Shown here: positions 58,961 to 64,000 of the stretch, piece by piece
Numbering within the stretch: position 1 is the stretch's first letter
How the letters are laid out: each line of letters begins with the position of its first letter
Assembly (NCBI GenBank): GCA_943358385.1
Contig: CALRGX010000004.1
Coordinates: 10,610 to 74,609, forward strand
Direction: 5' to 3'
Source: Parcubacteria group bacterium
GTDB lineage: Bacteria > Patescibacteriota > Minisyncoccia > Phycocordibacterales > UBA2100
Length of the DNA stretch: 64,000 bases
Made by a program: the position numbers and the translations under genes
The notes under the pieces: generated by a model
Seen by the model: only the letters and a program-made list of their open reading frames with translations
Database searches by the model: none
What the model was told of the DNA's origin: nothing

Positions 58961-58969
58961 GTGCGAGCC

Positions 58970-59389
58970 TTATGGCTGTACACAGAAGTTTGGATCAGCA
59001 CATGCTGTTGTTCCAACAGTACCATCCGCGTCTCCGTTGAGAGCCTGGTTTGAGGCGTCTTCAAGCGTTGCCATAATCACGTAGCTGCTTCCTGAAGAAA
59101 GCTGCTCGTAGGTGTATGCACCTCCTGATGGGTCGGCAGGAACTGCCGCCATGTATCCTGGAGTTACGAGGTTAGCCGCAAGAATTGCTGCTGGGTATTG
59201 CCCGTTTGCATCGTACGAGAGCTCAAGTGCGAGCTGCAACTGTTTGACGTCTGCAACGCGTCGTGCGTCACGGCCTTTGCGGCGAGCGGAGTTGAGTGAT
59301 GCTAGAACCACAGACGAGAGGATACCGATGATCGCAATCACTACCAGAAGCTCGATCAACGTAAAACCGCGTTTCGAATCTTTGAACAT
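58970..59389 (-). CDS. pilA: type IV major pilin
   Basis: MFKDSKRGFTLIELLVVIAIIGILSSVV class III signal/methylation domain; 139 aa. Confidence 0.8.
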   Translation of the reverse strand: MFKDSKRGFTLIELLVVIAIIGILSSVVLASLNSARRKGRDARRVADVKQLQLALELSYDANGQYPAAILAANLVTPGYMAAVPADPSGGAYTYEQLSSGSSYVIMATLEDASNQALNGDADGTVGTTACADPNFCVQP

Positions 59390-59509
59390 AGTAAATTAGG
59401 TATTTTTAAATTCCTGATAATGAAAGCCAATGTTTTTACACGACCTGTGGGGTAATTATAGCTAAGGCTGGAGTACCCCCACCCACTCCTGTGGATAGCC
59501 AAAAAAGGG

Positions 59510-60718
59510 CTAGAACCCTGCGGAGATGTTGTAGATAGGAATCAAGACCGCAGCCAGGAGGAATGCGACACCGACAGCAAGTGAAACAATCATGAACGGT
59601 TCAATCAAACTCACCAATGTGTCGATAGAATTCGATACTTCGCGACGATAAAACTTCGACAGTGTGTCGAGAATTTGACTGAGGTTTCCGGTTTCTTCAC
59701 CAATTTTAATCATGGCCACCACCATGCCAGGAATTTCTGGATGCTTACGCAGCACTTCTGAAAGCGGCATACCTGCTTTTACATCATCAGCAGAATCGAT
59801 GAGTATTTTTTCATATACTGGATCATCCACCACTGACGCAGTAATTTCTATACCACGCACCATCTGAATACCGCTTCTGAGCATCGTCGCTAGGTTGTCG
59901 CTGAGTCGAGAAAGAAACAGTTGCTGGAAAATTGTTCCCACGTGCGGAATGGCAAGGCGCGCACGCGCCAAACCATGTCTCCCGCTTTCTGTGCGTGCGT
60001 ACTGAAATAGAAACACCGCTCCCACCACCACCAGTGCAACAAGCAAGAGAATATACTCGGCCATGAAGTTGGATATCCCGATCACGACACGTGTGTATAT
60101 AGGGATTTGCTGCCCCGTTTCCAAAAGGATGCCCGAGAGGCGCGGGATGACCAAGGTCATCATCATAACCATCACTACAATAAAGGTCATCATCACAAAC
60201 GCTGGATACACCAGCGCGTTGCGCGCTTTTTGGGTGATTTCGTAGTTGCGGTCCAAATAGTCGGCAAGGAAGCTGAACGTTTCGTCGAGTTTTCCCGCTT
60301 CTTCACCAGCCCGCACCATGTTTACGTAAAATGGAGAAAATACTTTTGGATGTTTTGAGAGCGCTGCAGAGATTGAGCTTCCTGATTGGATATCATTGGC
60401 GACTTCACTGAGCTTATCTGACAAAACGGGCGACTGTGACTCTGCCGCAAGCAGGCGGAATGCGCGCAACGCAGAAACTTGTGCCTCGAAGAGTGTCGTA
60501 ATTTGCCTCGAGAGCATTACGATATCTTTATTTTTTACCCCGCTAAACATTTCAATGTTCGAGCTCAAGATTGATTTATCACTGGCGCCATCGATACCCG
60601 ACACCACCAGACCGCGGCGTTGCAGCGCCGCGATTGCGACATCCATGTTCACCGCTTCGATAGTACCCTGACGCCCGTTGCCTTCTTTGTCGAGCGCATT
60701 GTAATTAAAAATAGCCAT
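59510..60718 (-). CDS. pilC: type IV pilus assembly platform protein PilC (GspF family)
   Basis: Two GspF repeats, 3 TM; 402 aa. Confidence 0.9.
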   Translation of the reverse strand: MAIFNYNALDKEGNGRQGTIEAVNMDVAIAALQRRGLVVSGIDGASDKSILSSNIEMFSGVKNKDIVMLSRQITTLFEAQVSALRAFRLLAAESQSPVLSDKLSEVANDIQSGSSISAALSKHPKVFSPFYVNMVRAGEEAGKLDETFSFLADYLDRNYEITQKARNALVYPAFVMMTFIVVMVMMMTLVIPRLSGILLETGQQIPIYTRVVIGISNFMAEYILLLVALVVVGAVFLFQYARTESGRHGLARARLAIPHVGTIFQQLFLSRLSDNLATMLRSGIQMVRGIEITASVVDDPVYEKILIDSADDVKAGMPLSEVLRKHPEIPGMVVAMIKIGEETGNLSQILDTLSKFYRREVSNSIDTLVSLIEPFMIVSLAVGVAFLLAAVLIPIYNISAGF

Positions 60719-60721
60719 AGG

Positions 60722-61828
60722 TTAGAGGAGGCGGTCGAGCACGTTGGGATTCAGCGAGAATGAATACGCGTTTTCGACGGAAATTTCCCCACGACTGACG
60801 AGTTCTGCTAGGCAGCGGTTCATATCAATCATCCCTTCTCCTGAAGAGGTCTCGATGACCGTATTAATCTCGTGTGTTCGCCTTTCGCGAATCAAGTTTG
60901 CAATCGCTTTGTTATTGATGAGCAATTCATATGCAGGAATCAAGCCGCCGGTAATACGCGGTATGAGACGCTGAGAAAAAATGGCGACCAAAGACGAGGC
61001 CAACTGTAAGCGGATTTGATCCTGCTGTGTGGAAGGAAATGAATCGATGATGCGATCGATGGTTTGTGCGGCGTTATTGGTATGGAGCGTTGAAAACACG
61101 AGGTGTCCTGTTTCAGCCGCGGTAACCGCCGCAGACATCGTGGCTGGATCACGCATTTCACCAATCAGAATCACGTCTACATCCTGGCGAAATGCTGAAT
61201 AGAGCGCTGGTGCAAATCCTTTGGTATCAAGCCCTACTTCGCGCTGATCGATCAGCGACTGTTTTGGGGTATACACATATTCAATAGGATCCTCAATCGT
61301 CACAATATGCTCCATGCGCTCCGTATTGATGAGTTCTACGAGCGAGGCGAGAGTGGTGGATTTACCCTGCCCTACAGGCCCTACCACCAAGAAAAATCCC
61401 TGTGGTCGACGCGCGAACGACTCGACAATGTCGGGTAGATTCAACTCTTTCGTGGTGCGAATATCTTTTGGAATCAAACGCAGCGCAATACCTACAGCTC
61501 CGCGTTGGAAAAAGGCATTCCCGCGGAAACGAAGTCCTTCCGCCGTCTGGTATGCAAAGTCAACTTCGTGTTCCCGCAAAAAATGCTCTTTTTGTTCTGG
61601 AGTAAGGAGCACTTCGGCAAACCCCAGTGTATCTGCAGGAGAAAGCACTGCTTCTTTTAAGAGTGGCGCAAGAACACTCGCCACACGAATAGTAGGATGC
61701 GCTTCGGTAGAGAAATGTAAATCAGAACCACCTTCGTGCACGAGCACGTTGATATATTTTTTTAAGAGTTGAGGGTAGTCGAGTGATGCCATAGATACCC
61801 CGAAAGAAAGATCTGGCTCGGGTACCAC
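60722..61828 (-). CDS. pilT: type IV pilus retraction ATPase PilT
   Basis: GPVGQGKSTTL Walker A, His-box and Asp-box of secretion ATPases; 368 aa. Confidence 0.85.
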   Translation of the reverse strand: MVPEPDLSFGVSMASLDYPQLLKKYINVLVHEGGSDLHFSTEAHPTIRVASVLAPLLKEAVLSPADTLGFAEVLLTPEQKEHFLREHEVDFAYQTAEGLRFRGNAFFQRGAVGIALRLIPKDIRTTKELNLPDIVESFARRPQGFFLVVGPVGQGKSTTLASLVELINTERMEHIVTIEDPIEYVYTPKQSLIDQREVGLDTKGFAPALYSAFRQDVDVILIGEMRDPATMSAAVTAAETGHLVFSTLHTNNAAQTIDRIIDSFPSTQQDQIRLQLASSLVAIFSQRLIPRITGGLIPAYELLINNKAIANLIRERRTHEINTVIETSSGEGMIDMNRCLAELVSRGEISVENAYSFSLNPNVLDRLL

Positions 61829-61830
61829 TA

Positions 61831-62229
61831 TTATGCACGAAGATGGCGCTGAATCGCCGTGGTGATGGTGTTGACAACTTCTGATGGAATAGTGGTTGCT
61901 TTCACAATGTACTCGTGTGCGCCAAGTTCTTCAGTCTTTTTTCGTTCTTCATCTGCACCTTGATTAGTGAGCGCAACTAAGACTGCGTTTTTAGCCAAGC
62001 CCTCATCGTGAATTGCGCGCAACAAATCAAACCCATCTTTGACTGGCATGACGAGATCAAATACCACCGCATCAGCAGGAAAACCACCTTTTAACGTATC
62101 GATCACTTCCTGCACTGCTAGACACGACTGAACGGTATACCCTTCTTGAGTAAACTTGAGACTATACATGTCGAGCAAAAATCGATCATCGTCGAGCAAA
62201 ATGATGTGGTAGTTTTTCTTTTCGGTCAT
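61831..62229 (-). CDS. response regulator receiver (PilH/CheY-like) embedded in the pilus operon
   Basis: IILLDDD...VVFDLVMPVKDGFDLL receiver motifs; start at the internal Met to avoid overlap with pilB. Confidence 0.7.
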   Translation of the reverse strand: MTEKKNYHIILLDDDRFLLDMYSLKFTQEGYTVQSCLAVQEVIDTLKGGFPADAVVFDLVMPVKDGFDLLRAIHDEGLAKNAVLVALTNQGADEERKKTEELGAHEYIVKATTIPSEVVNTITTAIQRHLRA

Positions 62230-62236
62230 GCATTCA

Positions 62237-63952
62237 TTATAGCGCGATAGTGGTGCCACCTTCAGTATCAAGAGGATCCAGAGTCTCTACCGGTACTTCG
62301 GGCAAGACCGGTGGTGCCACCACATCAAGTGGGGCCACGGGTGGAGCAGGGACTTCTTCGGTCTCTAAAGAGAGTGCCGAAAGCGCACTTGCTTCACTGT
62401 ACGGTACTTTACCATCAAACACTTTCAGGAAGGCGTCTTCTTTCATGGTAAGCATGCCCTCTTTGCGTGCTTCAGCCCAAATGCGAGATTCAACTGGCTC
62501 TTTCAAAATGACATTCTCGATTTTTGGCGTCATCTGCATGAGTTCGATCACTGCCATACGACCACGCATACCAGTAGGACACGACGCCGTACGCTGTGCC
62601 TCGACAACCATATCAGGAATTTTTGGGCGTAGGTGCTCAGGGAGCGTGGCGAACTCAAGTTCCATCATGTGTCGCATACTTTCGGTAACAGGTACAGGTT
62701 TCTCGGCTCCAGGGCAGAGGGTGCGTACGAGGCGCTGTGCAATTGAAAGAATCAACACCGGTGGAATTAGGTACGGCTCTACTCCCATATCAATTAGGCG
62801 CGGAATAGTACCCACGGCGGAATTGGTGTGGATGGTCGAGAGCACCAGGTGACCCGTGAGCGCCGCCTGAATAGCCAATTTCGCCGTCTCACCGTCGCGG
62901 ATCTCACCTACCATGATCACATCCGGGTCCTGACGAAGTGTGGTGCGCAAACCATTCGCAAACGTATAGCCGATTTCTGGGCGCACCTGCGATTGCGTCA
63001 CCCCTTCCATGTAATATTCGACTGGATCTTCAAGCGAGAGCACATTTTTTTGTTCGCGATCTACTTCGGCAAGCATTGAGTAGAGCGTAGTTGATTTACC
63101 TGAACCGGTTGGGCCTGAGATAAGCACGAGCCCGTGAGAACGCCGCACCGCTTCGCGAATCAGTGCACTGTTGGCCGCCGAGAGACCCAGTTTTTCGAGA
63201 GAAACGAGACCTTCTTCTCGGTCGAGAATACGAATCACCACCTTTTCCCCATTGTACGAAGGGAATGTAGAAACACGGAAGTCAATCTTGCGTCCTTCAA
63301 TAGAAGCAGAGAAGCGACCGTCTTGCGGCTTGCGCTTTTCATCGAGTCGTATCGAGGAGAGTACTTTTACACGAGCGACCAGCGACCGATGGGTTTCAAA
63401 GGGCAGCACAACCGACGTATGCAAAATACCGTCCACGCGGTAGCGCACGCGCACACCGGTACTCGTTGGTTCGATGTGGATGTCGGATGCATTTCCATCA
63501 ATCGCATAGCGAAGGATAGTGGAAACCAACTTAATCGCAGGAGCATCTTCTTGAATAGCACCTGCCCCTGATGCGGAGGAGCCGGCCACTTTTTCGTTGA
63601 GGTCGAGCGATTCGGTACCACTACCATCGTCTTCGACGGGCGCGCTCGAGCCTTCAGAGTGCAGATCAGTGAGTGCCTGGTCGACATCACCGCCCAGCCC
63701 TTTGTACATGAGTTTTACCTTCTCGAAATCTTTTTCCGAAATCTGAAATACTTTAAAAGGGGTGCCGGTCTTGCGCGTAATGAAATTCAACGCATCAACG
63801 GCGCTCAAATTTTCTGGATCCACCATGCCCACATCAAGAACGCCGTCGGTCAATGCAATCGGTACGACCTTGTAGTGCAAGGCTGATTCCTGGGGAATAT
63901 ACGTGAGCACACTGTATGGGATTTTGTCTGACCCCAGCGCGCGCGTAGGCAC
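62237..63952 (-). CDS. pilB: type IV pilus assembly ATPase PilB (GspE family)
   Basis: GPTGSGKSTTLYS Walker A, tetracysteine-less GspE core, N-terminal MshEN-like domain; 571 aa. Confidence 0.9.
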   Translation of the reverse strand: MPTRALGSDKIPYSVLTYIPQESALHYKVVPIALTDGVLDVGMVDPENLSAVDALNFITRKTGTPFKVFQISEKDFEKVKLMYKGLGGDVDQALTDLHSEGSSAPVEDDGSGTESLDLNEKVAGSSASGAGAIQEDAPAIKLVSTILRYAIDGNASDIHIEPTSTGVRVRYRVDGILHTSVVLPFETHRSLVARVKVLSSIRLDEKRKPQDGRFSASIEGRKIDFRVSTFPSYNGEKVVIRILDREEGLVSLEKLGLSAANSALIREAVRRSHGLVLISGPTGSGKSTTLYSMLAEVDREQKNVLSLEDPVEYYMEGVTQSQVRPEIGYTFANGLRTTLRQDPDVIMVGEIRDGETAKLAIQAALTGHLVLSTIHTNSAVGTIPRLIDMGVEPYLIPPVLILSIAQRLVRTLCPGAEKPVPVTESMRHMMELEFATLPEHLRPKIPDMVVEAQRTASCPTGMRGRMAVIELMQMTPKIENVILKEPVESRIWAEARKEGMLTMKEDAFLKVFDGKVPYSEASALSALSLETEEVPAPPVAPLDVVAPPVLPEVPVETLDPLDTEGGTTIAL

Positions 63953-64000
63953 CTCGTGTTCGTCAGGCGCTTCATACGTAATACCGGCGTCTACGCGTGC

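Overview
This is a 64 kb, roughly 53% GC, gene-dense bacterial window with about 70 supportable CDS and six tRNA genes. None of the tRNAs encodes CCA. It uses the standard genetic code, since TGA stops are used and RF2 is present. The gene content looks like a small-genome, probably uncultivated lineage (Patescibacteria-like): PIF1-family helicase, ligA, gatCA, pyrG, tgt/queA, ftsEX, two GIY-YIG mini-genes, and many small secreted or membrane proteins including a dockerin-bearing surface protein. A complete type IV pilus locus is present, running pilB–REC–pilT–pilC–pilA–pilD–4 minor pilins, and it runs off the window end. Most genes are on the minus strand.

The unusual content falls into five groups:
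(a) 44.9–51.3 kb is a tRNA-rich segment holding tRNA-Thr ×2, tRNA-Met ×2 and tRNA-Asp. It carries exact duplications of tRNA 3' ends, duplications of tRNA 5' leaders, long inverted copies of tRNA 3' ends, and a 170–240 nt repeat family that is also found at tRNA-Gln (31.0–31.2 kb). I read these as site-specific recombination scars or a small tRNA-targeting mobile element. A membrane-anchored HEPN-like (DUF4145-like Rx4HxG) gene sits right next to the tRNA-Asp scars.
(b) A plus-strand gene pair (20.3–22.0 kb) encodes a type-I-PRTase-like protein and a clear TrpF-like TIM barrel, with no other tryptophan genes nearby. This could be an undescribed N-ribosyl-phosphate/Amadori two-step module.
(c) A low-GC two-gene cassette (40.7–41.4 kb) carries an HExxH metallopeptidase-like motif.
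(d) Small translationally coupled zinc-ribbon proteins, a 42-aa acidic repeat peptide and a 41-aa basic protein each have their own terminators.
(e) There is a truncated glyoxalase/VOC pseudogene beside paired palindromic elements, a G-depleted pyrimidine tract, a structured tandem repeat between pilA and pilD, and a terminator-bounded intergenic candidate sRNA.

No CRISPR array, rRNA, reverse transcriptase or transposase was seen. All domain calls rest on motifs I read from the translations; no database search was run.
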